Shown here: in pieces, positions 1 through 49,100 of the stretch
How the letters are laid out: every line of letters begins with the position of its first letter
Position numbering within the stretch: position 1 is the first letter of the stretch
Assembly: GCA_951406725.2 (NCBI GenBank)
Contig: OX597821.1
Span: 7,688,001-7,752,000 of the forward strand
Reading direction: 5' to 3'
DNA: 64,000 nucleotides
From: Octopus vulgaris
Lineage: Eukaryota
The notes under the pieces: model-generated
The model's input: only the letters and a program-made list of their open reading frames with translations
Told to the model about the DNA's origin: nothing
The model's database searches: none
Position numbers and translations under genes: made by a program

Positions 1-800
1 CACATTGCTCCAGTCCACTCAGCTGTGAAAAGGTAACCCTGGGACGATGTTGGCCTACTCACCTTGTCAGCAGAGAGGCATCGTTCAAAAGCTACAACAA
101 TGCAAAGAAGTGCATTGTGACCAGTGATGTATAACAACATCTGATAGTCAGCACGTTACAGTGGTATCATCATCATCATCATTGTTTAATGTCTGCTTTC
201 CATGCTGGCATGGGTTGGACGGTTCGACCGGGGATCTGGGAAGCCAGAAGGCTGCACCAGGCTCCACTCTGATCTGGCAGGGTTTCTACAGCTGGATGCC
301 CTTCCTTATGCCAACCACTCCGAGAGTGTAGCGGGTGTTTTTTACGTGCCACCAGCACGAGGGCCAGTCAGCCAGTACTGGCCTCAACCATGCTTGAATG
401 GTACTTTTATACATGCCACTGCCATGGGAGCCAGTCAAGCAGCACTGGCAACAACCATGCTTGAATGGTGCTTTTTTTCATGCTACCAGCACAGGAGCCA
501 GTCAGATGGCACTGGCAACTACCCATAATGTTCTTTGTATCAGCCACTCGTCTCGGTTACTGGTGAGAGAGTAACTTTGTTATTTGAATACTTTGATTCC
601 ATCAGATCCTGAAAATGGACTAAACAGAACAGGAAGAGACACGTGGGATGGAGAATCACTGAAGAGGTCACAGGACGTGTGACGAAAGATTTCCAGATAA
701 TGGATAAAATATGGACAATAATAAACATGTGAAGAACAAATGTACAATGCATATGTTTATTTGGCAAAAAAATGACCGTCCCAAAGTATAACAATATGTC

Positions 801-805
<5 letters not shown>

Positions 806-863
<58 letters not shown>

Positions 864-912
864 ATATGTATATATGTGTGTAAGTGTATGTATGTATATA
901 TATATATATATG
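806..912. repeat. (TG)n/(TA)n microsatellite
   Basis: Directly visible. Confidence 0.95.
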
Positions 913-1169
913 ACAGACTTCCACATACTTTCTTTCTATCAAATTTATCCACAAGGCTTTGGTCAGTAGCCCAAATCTATAGTAGAAGACAAAACACTTC
1001 ACGAAGTTGCTGTGCTGTGGGATTGAACCAGAAATCACATGGTTGCAAAGCAAGCATTTTAACCACACAGCCAGGACTTTTTTTTTAATGTTAACATAAA
1101 GAAGGGCCATTTGTAAAATAGAATTCAGCAAAAGGGTTTGCTGAGCTAAATTATGGGAGAGTGTACTGA

Positions 1170-38439
<37,270 letters not shown>

Positions 38440-41270
38440 TAACCTGTCTTATTATCATATAGATCAAAATCATTACCACAACAACAACAACAAAAAAAAA
38501 TGATTTATCTAAAGGAAGTCTATTAACAACTTTATTGGTGGATCAGCAGTCAGGATGGGTTTAAAAAAAACAAAAGATCTTTTTAAAAAGCCTGTCCGGG
38601 TTGCTGTTAGCTTAATAAATACCATTGCATTATTGGTGCTACAAAAACCACCTTTTTTTGAAAACTGCTGTTGTTTAATACCATCATCAACAAGTAGTTA
38701 GGATTTATTATTATTATTATTATTATTATTAATAATAATAATAATAATGTACACATCTTTATTTAAAACTTCTACACCTCAGAAGTCAATTGAAAAAAAA
38801 AAAGAGAAAGAGAGAGAGAAGCTACCTTGCTTTCTTTACACCTTTGATAATCCTAAAAGACCTCCTGAACTTTGTACTAAAAACTAGTTCTTCACCAATA
38901 CCATCATCACTCACTTCATGGTTCTCTGTTATGTTTCCTCCTCGTTATCTCTTATATTTCAATTACCATTTCCTTCTCCCCCCCCCCCTTCATCCTATTA
39001 TTGCCTGTGCACCTAAGAACATTTTTTTTTTTTTTTTAAAAAACTATGTTCCCTCTCCCCAACACTATTAACTTGACTTTCACATCTTGGTTTTTATGAT
39101 GCCACATTAACTGACAGACAATTGGTTTGTTTTTTCGTTACACAAAGGTTTTTTTGAGTTGGCAACCGGAAATATATATATATATATGTGTGTATATCAT
39201 ACTTACAGCAACATCACTACCACTCCCTCCCACCTGGGGAGTTGTGGCAGGTATGATGTAGATTAACTGGTGATCAACATCCATGGCTCCTCCAGGCCAA
39301 ACTGTTTCGGCAAGAAAAGTAAAAGTGCACATTTTAACAACTCAAAGCAATCAATGTCTTTTTCTTTTTTTTTCAACAGAAAAAAAAAATCATAAAATTC
39401 TGTTCTTTGTACAAAGGTCTTTGAAAACTACCCAATTTCTACATTTAGGTGATTGCTTTTTTTTTCTTTTTCCCACCCCCCCATTTTTAATTATCATATA
39501 TAATATATATATATATGAAACGATATTTTTATTAACAAATAGATATTTTACCTCAAAACTTTAAGCAATATTTTTCACAACTACACACAGAATGAACTAA
39601 AAAGTGGTTTTTACTTGCTGTTTGCAAACCGGTCTTTTTTTGTTTTTTTTTTCCATTTTCTTTAATATCAGTTGTTGCTAGATTAAATCTGTTTTTATTT
39701 ATTTATATTTTTTTTAGTTCTCATGTTGGATTTGGTAAAATGCATGGTTCTTTTTTTAAAAAAAAATAATACCATGCTTTCATTGTTTCTCTTGCTCTCT
39801 AAATGTGTTTCTGCTGCTTTCAATATTTGCATTTTTTTTGTTTGTCATTTTTTTTTTTTAATGAGTTTATCGCAGTATCTCAAGTCAAATTAAATGGTTT
39901 TGCTGTCAGCCATTTGTCATATATATACTTTCACTCATATTCTTCAACACACTGTAAACCTGTTTGTCTCCAAGTTCTTTGCTAGCGTGTCCTTTGACTG
40001 CTGCTTGAGAGGGGAAGCGAAGTAATAAATATGAAAAACAAAAAAACTTTTCTGCTGATATGTAGCATATTGAGATTGCTTATAATTTTATATATATATA
40101 TAAAAAAAAAACCTAAAGTAGATGAGATTGCGTTATAATTTTATAACAGAAATCTAAAGTAGATATAGAGTAAAAATTCTTGAACGAAGGATTTAGTAAT
40201 TGAACTTGTCATAATGTTAAATATAATTATGCTCCCTTTTTATATATATATATATAATATATAAGCTACTATTAATTCCATTTTGTTATTATAGTAACAT
40301 GTAACTTCAAATATTATATACCTCCACCAATCAGTTTCGGCCACGACCATTTCAATTCACTGGCTCTCTCTATAGATACTTCTTTCAATTTGGCCTCACA
40401 ATCTTGTATTCTCATCTCTAAGATTTATTATTCCTACAACTTACCAGTCATAGACATCAGAAGAAGACAATAGTAGCAACAATTCTTTACATCAGTTATT
40501 CCATTTCTAACATAATTTTTCATTAAATGGTTTTGTCATCATGAGTTTGATTAACAGTACTGAAGAAAAAAAAAAATGTTTTGTTTTTTTTTAAAGAACT
40601 AGCCAACATACTTTGTCTGATGTTCCTAGATGGATGATGTTTCTCATTCCTTTGACTTACCTATAAAAAAAAATGACTCAAATGTTGGAAACTGTACAAA
40701 TAGATTTGAATAACCATTTTACAGAGAGGAAAGGAAGGTCACGTAGTACTTTCCTCTGCACTTGGTCCAACCTTTCACTGTTGCGCTAGATAGTTTCTAT
40801 AATAAACATGCTCCAAAAAGAAAAGAAAAAAAAAAAAAAAGAATATTTCCTTCAACTGATTTAATTAATGTATCTGTCCATTTGTTTAAATTTGCTGGAC
40901 AGACAAATTGAGAGAGAAATCTTTTGAAGATCATTTTTCTTCATCCATCTATACATATATTTTTGCCATGTGTTTAAATCATGTTTGAAACTAAGAACAT
41001 TAACACTTTTTTTTTTTTGTATCATACTTTAGACATGAAAATAACAAAAGCACCTTTTCGGGTTTCACACCATGTGATATATTTTTATTTCATTTTTCTT
41101 TTTTTCATAATTGGCACGCAATGATGGTTTGTTTTGTTTGTTTTTTTTCCTACATTCATAAAAGGAATTTAAACTCTGCAAGAATTTAAAAAGTCATCCA
41201 TCCATAATTCCTTTGTCTTTTTTTTCCCCCCCTTCTATTTAATAAAATGGAGCTGTGCTTCATCTTTAAA
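38440..41270 (+). other. Probable GRK 3' UTR with candidate AATAAA signals at 40024, 40801 and 41241
   Basis: No interspersed SINEs, T-rich tracts on +, AATAAA hexamers; end point inferred. Confidence 0.5.
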
Positions 41271-42990
41271 ATATAAAACATTGACAAATTTATTTTCCTG
41301 AAAACTGGTGCTTTATTTTATTTTTACTTTTTATCAAAAGACATTTGTCAAATAATTCTCTAGAAATCAGAACGGGCTTGAGTAGACATATTTATGATTT
41401 AGAGATGTTGCCGAAAGAAGACCTGCAAATCCAACTGAATAATTTTCCAGCCTCATCACATGCCAAGTATGGGAAGACACTAGATGGAAGAGGGCAACCG
41501 TTGCCTTCCTCTTCACATTTGCTGGTATTTTCTACCACGCAGGGAAAAATATAAATTGTTTCAAACAAGACCAAAAACATAAGAAATAAATCATATCTCA
41601 CAATAAAGTTGTTTTGTTTCTTTATCTGCCTCCCACCACCCATGTGTTCTTGTATCAAAATAATTGTTTTATCACCCAGGAGACTCAATGCAGTTTGAAA
41701 TTCTTTAATTTCAAATGAAGATGACAAATGTACTCCCACCTCCAATGAATCTCTAAGAAGAATGTTTGGACCAGTGGGGTTCAAAGGAATTCCTGATGAG
41801 AATTCAGCAGATCTAAGAAATATTTCTGAAGATTCATTTCAAAATAAAGGAAACTTTAATGACAATGGAGACATTCACATAGACACAACCTGGGTGAGGG
41901 GACAATTATTAAGAATTACTTTTTTTTATAGTTCCAACATGTATCAAATTGAATCAATATTGCTATGTTGTGTTTATCCCTTTTTTTTCTTTTTACCAAA
42001 CTCCGGTGAAATACATGGCTTTTGTTTCAATTCATTTTGAAAATAATGAATTCAGTAAAGTCACTCCATGATTAAAGCCAGTGTGTGGAACAAATTAATG
42101 GAAGGCTTTAATTGAAATCACTTCAAAGCAGGAAGGTTGTATCCTAGAACCAAGGGTTGTCTCAGTTGATTTGGTATCAAAAGGGTTACGGTAAATTGTG
42201 TAATCTAGTAGGCTTGCGTCACCTGAAGCAGGTTTATTGCTCTTCTTCAACCTCTAAAATCATTAAATAGCAGCAGCTTTTTTCAATATGATCAATTAGA
42301 ACCAATGTGTTAGGAAGGGGATAAGGACGGAGGGGCCAAAGGCACACTGCCCTTGTGGATAAAATGTTTTACTTAATTGATCTGCAATAAACTCACAACA
42401 TCAAACTAACTGAAAATGAGAACAATTGTCTACATATAAAGGAAACTTTACAGTTTATACTTAAGTGTATTGAAACAATACTAACAGGTAAAAATAAAAT
42501 GGGGTTTTTTTCTGTTGCATTTAAAATATGAGGGGAAACAAAAATAAGACGTTATAACAAAATAACAAAGAACCTTCCCATTCATTTGTTTTAATTATAA
42601 TTTACATGGAAAAATGTATAAAATAAAAGTCATGAAATAGAAACCAAAAAAAAAAAAAAAAAAAAAAAACAGGCCAACTGTTACTGCTAAAAAATGACTG
42701 TTAGTACTGTAAAATGCTGAGTCCAATGTTACAGAGCCAAGACCAGCTGGAACGAATGGGTGAGGCAGCAGTTAAAAGTTAGAGCTTGCAGGCTTTGGTA
42801 TTTTAGCTACAGTACAGTAGTAATATGAAGGATGGAAGTCTAAAACAGTTCATTAGTTTGTGGTTGGGAAAGGGTCTGTAAGTTTGTAAATGTATGGTAT
42901 AAAATGTGTGAAAGATAAAACAAGAAAAATGAGAAGCTAGAAATGCAACAACGTTGTCATTTTTCCTCTGCCTTAATCAGGAATCTATCA
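41270..42990 (-). other. Probable TCERG1 3' UTR with minus-strand AATAAA candidates at 42233-42238, 41312-41317 and 41289-41294
   Basis: Lies downstream of the stop, is A-rich on + (U-rich on the transcript) and contains TTTATT hexamers on +; extent inferred. Confidence 0.45.
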
Positions 42991-43131
42991 TTATTTGGTG
43001 GTTCTTCTGGATGGTTCGGATGCTGTTGGAGGTGGAGGAACTCCTTTGCGGTCCAAATCATCAATGTAGGATAAAAGAATCTTTTTGCGGTCCTCTGCGA
43101 TGCAATCTAACACCAAATATCGACGATCATT
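42991..43131 (-). CDS. TCERG1: TCERG1 last coding exon: NDRRYLVLDCIAEDRKKILLSYIDDLDRKGVPPPPTASEPSRRTTK*
   Basis: ttacag acceptor; TAA stop at 42993-42991; conserved TCERG1 C-terminus. Confidence 0.96.
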   Translation of the reverse strand, partial: NDRRYLVLDCIAEDRKKILLSYIDDLDRKGVPPPPTASEPSRRTTK

Positions 43132-46100
43132 CTGTAACAATTCACAGAAAAGCAAAATAAATATGACATCTACCGTAATTTAAAAGTTGTTTTTATTTTT
43201 AATTCAAACTTCATCTTCAAATAATTCTGCAAATAAACAATCTCCCTCTTACCTGTAAAATTGTTTCTATATCTTTTAAATGTATTTCATTTTCTTCTAT
43301 CATCTTTTTTGATCTGAAGAAAAGAAGGTTAAAAGTTTTCTTTTAATGCAACATCTATGTCTTGCAACTTAGATCAATAAAATAAGTAACAGGCTTGAAG
43401 AATAAGTAGAGATAATATTATTGACTAAATGATTTCAAGGTGGTGCCCCAGCATGACTGCAGTCTAACACAGTTTGAAAACATTGCTTGTTTGTAGAATT
43501 ATGGTTTCACGAGGTAGCCATGTCAGAAACATTTCCCCATCGTACTTTTAACCTCTCATCACCTGGCACAATTGCAACTCCCTCAATACTGTACCCCTTG
43601 TTCTCAGTTGAAGCATCTTGTCTTGTGAGTTAGTACCACATAAAAAAGCACCCAGTATTCTCTGAAGTGGTTGGCACTAGGAAGAGCATTCAGCTATAGA
43701 AACTATGCCAAAGCAGTCATCGGACTCAAGTCTTTGTCAAACTATCCAGCTCATGCCAGTATGGAAAGTGATCATCATCATTGTCTTTATGTTAGTTTTT
43801 CCATGCTGGCAAATCTTGAAGCAAAATGTCTGAAGCTGGATAGTCTTCCTGTCACAAACCCTTAACTGTTTTCCAAGTAAAGTACATTCATTCAACTGAT
43901 CCTCACACATCAAAAGCAATGAAGCTACTGAAATTACTGGAAAATGTAAGCATAGATACCATTTTATTAAAGAGATCAGCACAAAGTGTGCTGACTTGTG
44001 AACCTCCATAACTCAGAAAGGTTATGCCAGAAGAGCAGAAGCTTCCAAAAGGACCTTCCGTATTGGCCAGATCAAAGGATAAAAACCAAGCTATGGACCA
44101 CCTCTTCCCAAGGATAAAAATGGGTTTGCATAGGATCAACACCCTAACATGTAACAGAGAATCAATGACAATTCAAAACCAACAAGATCTGAGAGAGGAA
44201 AGCCTTCTCTCAGCTCCAGCCCAGAGTTGAGAATAGGAGGGAAAAGTTGCTGATGACATATGCTTTGTTATTATTATTAAGGCAGAATCGTTAGCATACT
44301 GGATGAAATGCTTAGTGGTATTTCGTCAATTGCTACATTCTGAGTTCAAATTCTGCCACAGTCAACTTATGCTTTCCCGGTTGATAAATTTAAGTACCAG
44401 TCAAGTACTGGGGTCAATGTGAATGACTTTCCTCTCCCACCAAATTTCAGGCCTTGTGCCTATAGTAGAAAGGATTATTATGTCATCCTCCAACAAAACC
44501 AATAAGTCAACTTACTGTGTTCTGTCAGAAAATGGATATCAGAGTTCCTTAGACCACGTCTCATGCCAGAGGCATAATCTTAGAAAATTTCCAACTTTTC
44601 ATTAAACAGAAACCTGACACACAGTAAATTGAAGATAATTTGTTTCAGTCTTTTGTAATTAGCTCAGTTTCAGGCTTTTTGACTTATTTTGTATAGTCAG
44701 AGGTGGGAAGTTTTTTGTCATTAGTATTAAAGAGAGCAGTTTTATCATTAGTGACAAATAGGACTGGTTGAGATGACATTCTCACACACACACTCAAGAC
44801 TCTCTCTCAGTTTCTGTTTATGAATCCCACGCACAAAGCATTGGATACCCCAAGGTTAGGATAGAAAGACACATGCTTATGGTGTCGTGTGCTTGCAAAA
44901 CAAACTTCATAACCATACACTCATATCTGTACCTGAATTATAGTTTGAAAAAACTTTAAGCATAAAAACATAAGCTGCCTCCAATTAAATTCTATTTTCT
45001 TCTCATGACAGGCATATCTTACACAGCTTTTCAACAGGCTCAATGAATGCTGCCTACTTTTCATCTTCAGCATTTACAACCTCAAAGTTACTCTATGTAC
45101 TTCCAACCATTCTTAAAATTTCAGAACATCCAATAGTCTAAAATGAGTTGTGTATTTACATACCTGTATGTCACCAGTTTAGTCTCTTTTAACAATTCCC
45201 GGAAATCTGCTTTAGCTTGAGCAATTTGTTCATAGCGATAATCTTCAAATTCTTTTTCTCTTTTCTGAAAAGAAAAAAAAAAAAAAAAAATGATGTATGT
45301 GAAAATAGAAAAGTAAAACAATTTTAAAACAACAAAAACTATTTTGTAGTATCTATAACATAATGATTGAAAAAGTGCAGGACTGTGTCCAGTCCCCCCC
45401 CCCATTCATGTTATTAAAACAAGTTATATTACTTCGAAGAAATTATAAATGGGTATTAAAAAATTTTTAAATATAAATTATAATGCTCAATATTACAAGA
45501 TTCACTTCTGTTTTAAATGTCAACTTCCGTTTGAATTTCATGTCAACAAAGTTTTTTCTTTGCATTCATAAAAAAATGTAATAAAGCGAAAGAAAAGAAC
45601 GGGTAAATTATTTTTAATCATATTACAAAATACAACAATCCCTATCTATCACAGTTTTCAAACTGTGTTAGACTGCAGTCATGCTGGGGCACCACCTTGA
45701 AATCATTTAGTCAATAATATTATCTCTACTTATTCTTCAAGCCTGTTACTTATTTTATTGATCTAAGTTGCAAGACATAGATGTTGGCATTATCAAGAGC
45801 ATTAAGAAAAGAAGATATAAAAACATTAACCCCGATAAATACAAAGGGTCCATTTGCTGACAATTGTGTCCACAAAGAAGAAACGTTCATTACTCTCTTT
45901 TAATTGAAATGTATTTAAGTTTCTTTTTAATTGCTAGGAAAGGGACACTAGAAACACTTAAGAAGTCTATAAGTGAATATAGCAAAACTCAACTCTTCAT
46001 ATTGGTAAACGTAATTCATTAATTCTCACCAGAGAATCTATTTTCAAATTCACTCAAGTGAAGATTCAGGAACATTTTCCCTTGACAGTCTCAACACTTT

Positions 46101-49100
46101 TCCAATTTTCATTATCGTCTTTTTAAAATGTATCATGGATTATTTTACTGATTACAGAATAAACTATAACAGAGTCTTTGTTCAATTCATGAGCATATTG
46201 TCAATTTACTCTATAATTTGTATATCATATCAATATGTATACGTAATATCAATATGCAAAATACAGAAAAGTTTTGAGAATAATACTAAAGAAAATCATA
46301 AAAATTATGTGAAATGTTTGCCATTACTTACCCTGTCACTAGATGAAAACTTGGAATATCTAGGATCATCTTTGATCATTTTCTTCACATCTTTCCAAGA
46401 AGAGGTCAATGTAATCTAAGGAGAAAAAAAAAATGGAAATCAACAGAAATCAAACCAATTTAAAAACAAAACAACCAAGAGACCACATTATGTTTGTTAT
46501 AAATGAAATATAATTAATTTTAATTGTAGGCAGAGGGACAGATGTGCCTGTGCGGTTAGAAGTTTGCTTCTAAGTTCAGTCTCACAGTAGGGTAGCTTGT
46601 GTTCTACTATAGCCCCAGAACGACAAAAGCCTTGGGAATAGATTTGGCAGAAGTTTATTGTATATGTATAAATGTATATTTGTGTATTATTGTCTCCTTG
46701 CCTTGACACCACATGGTAGTTGTAAATGTGTGTCACCATAATGCAGGCAATGTCCTTCATTTCCAATATTCTGTGAGGGCATGTCTGGCCATGGGGAAAT
46801 ATTTATCTTACTTGGAAACCAGTGAAGGTTGGTAACAGAAAGGGCATCCTGCTGTAGAAAACTCACCCCCAATAAATTCCATCTGACCCATGCAAGCATG
46901 GAAGAAAAGTGAATACTAAAACAATGATGATGGTCAAGATTCATCAGTTACTTTGTACAACTACTACATTTGTGACCCCAAAGGGACCCACTTCAATACT
47001 GTTCCAAAATTATTTGTCAATGAGAAGAGAGCAAAGAGATTATAAATAATCCAGTCATAGTTTTGAACAGAATCATGTAGTGAGATATACTCAATGGCAA
47101 TTAGTCATTTTATTAATTAATCAGCTGAGCATTGTCTTGTGGTAGGCTCTTCCACACACCAACAGTAGCTTATAATAAGCATTTAATGAGTTGCTGTCAT
47201 TCACTGAACATTCTCACATTCACATTCTCCGGTTACAAGGTGAATTAATACTTGTTCAATTGTAACTATTATAAGCACAGACGTGGCTGTGCAGCAAGCA
47301 GTTTGATTCCCAACTACATGGTTCTGGGTTCAGTCCCACTGCATGGCACCTTGGGCAAGTGTCTTCTACTATAAGCCTCCTCGGGTCAACCAAAGCCTTG
47401 TGAGTGCATTCTGTAGATGGAAACTGAAAGAAGCCCATCATATATGTGTGGGTCTGTGTCTTTGTGTCTGTATTTGTCTCCCACCACCACTTGACAACTG
47501 GTGTTGGTTTGTTTACATCCCTGTATCATAACAGCTTGGTAAAAAGAGACCGGCAGAATAAGTACCAGGCTTTAAAAAACAAAAGTACAGGGGTTAATTG
47601 ATTCAACTAAAAGTTCTTCAAGACGGAGCCCCAGCCAGACCACAGTCTAATGACTGAAACAAGTAAAAGATAAAAATTAGGACTTGTCCCTTTACTTTGC
47701 CAGCATCTATCTTAAATGTTGGGGGTCTTCTTCAGCTTCATTAACTTTAATGATGCTAATGTCCTTAGTAAATTACACAGATGAAAGAAATGTGCAAAAA
47801 TCAAATATCATGATGCTTTCCAGAAATATGCCAAGATACTTCAGACTAGTTTGGAAGGAGTTCCATGAAATACTCCAACCGTTACTTTGAAAATAGATCT
47901 TTAAAAGACTTTCTGATCCTCTTCAGGACCAGAAAATGCTTTACTTCCAGTAATTACTAACCCTACAAAGCCTAGGTGAGATGCACAACGGAGGACTGCT
48001 CCCATATCCAGGATAATCTTACCACTATATACTCGGATATCTTGAACCTCATTCCAAAAGGAGAGGCAGAAACATTTGACCCGTTGGCACTGTCAGGTGT
48101 TTCCCTCACTCGCCAAACTCATACAAAGCCCCTAACCCATAAACTCACTCAACTCCAGCTTCTAACGTACACCCATGTCTCTTTTCCCTGCTTTTTATGC
48201 CACTACTACAATAGCCTCTACTGTCTGAAGCTGACTGATCTCATACAACCAACCACTCACACACAGCCAATGGACTCATTTTGCCCCCCTCATCCATAGC
48301 TATGTCCACTTTTCATTTCACCCAACCGTTCCAGCCCAGAACATTTGTCCTCTGGGACCCCATTCTCTCCACCTCAAAAAGTTTACCAAGAGTCATAGGC
48401 ACAGTTTCTTACTCCAAGTAAAACCAGTACGTAAAATATAAATTACAGGTGAGAACTCTTTACATAACATAATTACAAAAGCTTACCTGAAGAGTTTCAT
48501 CAAGGAGTTTATGAAACATCTCTTTATTTTTCTTATTTAAAATATCAATATGTTCCTCAAACAATTTTTCTTTCTCATCACGGTCAAGCAAATCCGCCAG
48601 TTCCCAACGATGGTCTTTACGCAGTTGTTTTCTTGTTTCTCGCCAAGAAGATTCAGAGTTACGCACCTTCAGTAAAACAAACGGCAAATGATACATATTT
48701 AACAGAGAGTAACCCAGGGAGTTCAGGTCAAATTGTTTGGCTAAACAATATGAATGTGAATACACAATAGATGTGAGAAAAAGAGAAAAATATAATTTAG
48801 TATCAATCATTGTTTTTAGATAATGTCAAAACTCATTTTTGGATATCGATGTGGACAAAGGAGCCTGATCAACAAACTGATGGTACCCCACTACATCAAA
48901 GATACCCATAAACAAACTTTCAACAGGTACCATGCCATTTTATAGTAACATCCATTTAACATTAATTCTCTTTTCAGAAATAGCTTTGGTGGTTTACTAT
49001 TATTCAGTATTCACATCTTGTTTTGTCTGATTGATTGATTTAGACAGACATAGGCAGGCAGAGAGATGAAACAGATAGATGAGAAGACAAGACACAAAGA

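Noticed and set aside
202-528. 108-aa ORF
   Set aside because: Lies in a repeat family with internal gtgccaccagcac subrepeats that is also seen, inverted, at 17140-17430.
41785-41835. CTGATGA...GAAATATTTC hammerhead-like string
   Set aside because: Stems I and II do not pair convincingly; likely chance.
41345-42040. ORFs of 69-130 aa between the two genes
   Set aside because: No recognisable domain or splice structure; they lie in the inferred UTR zone.
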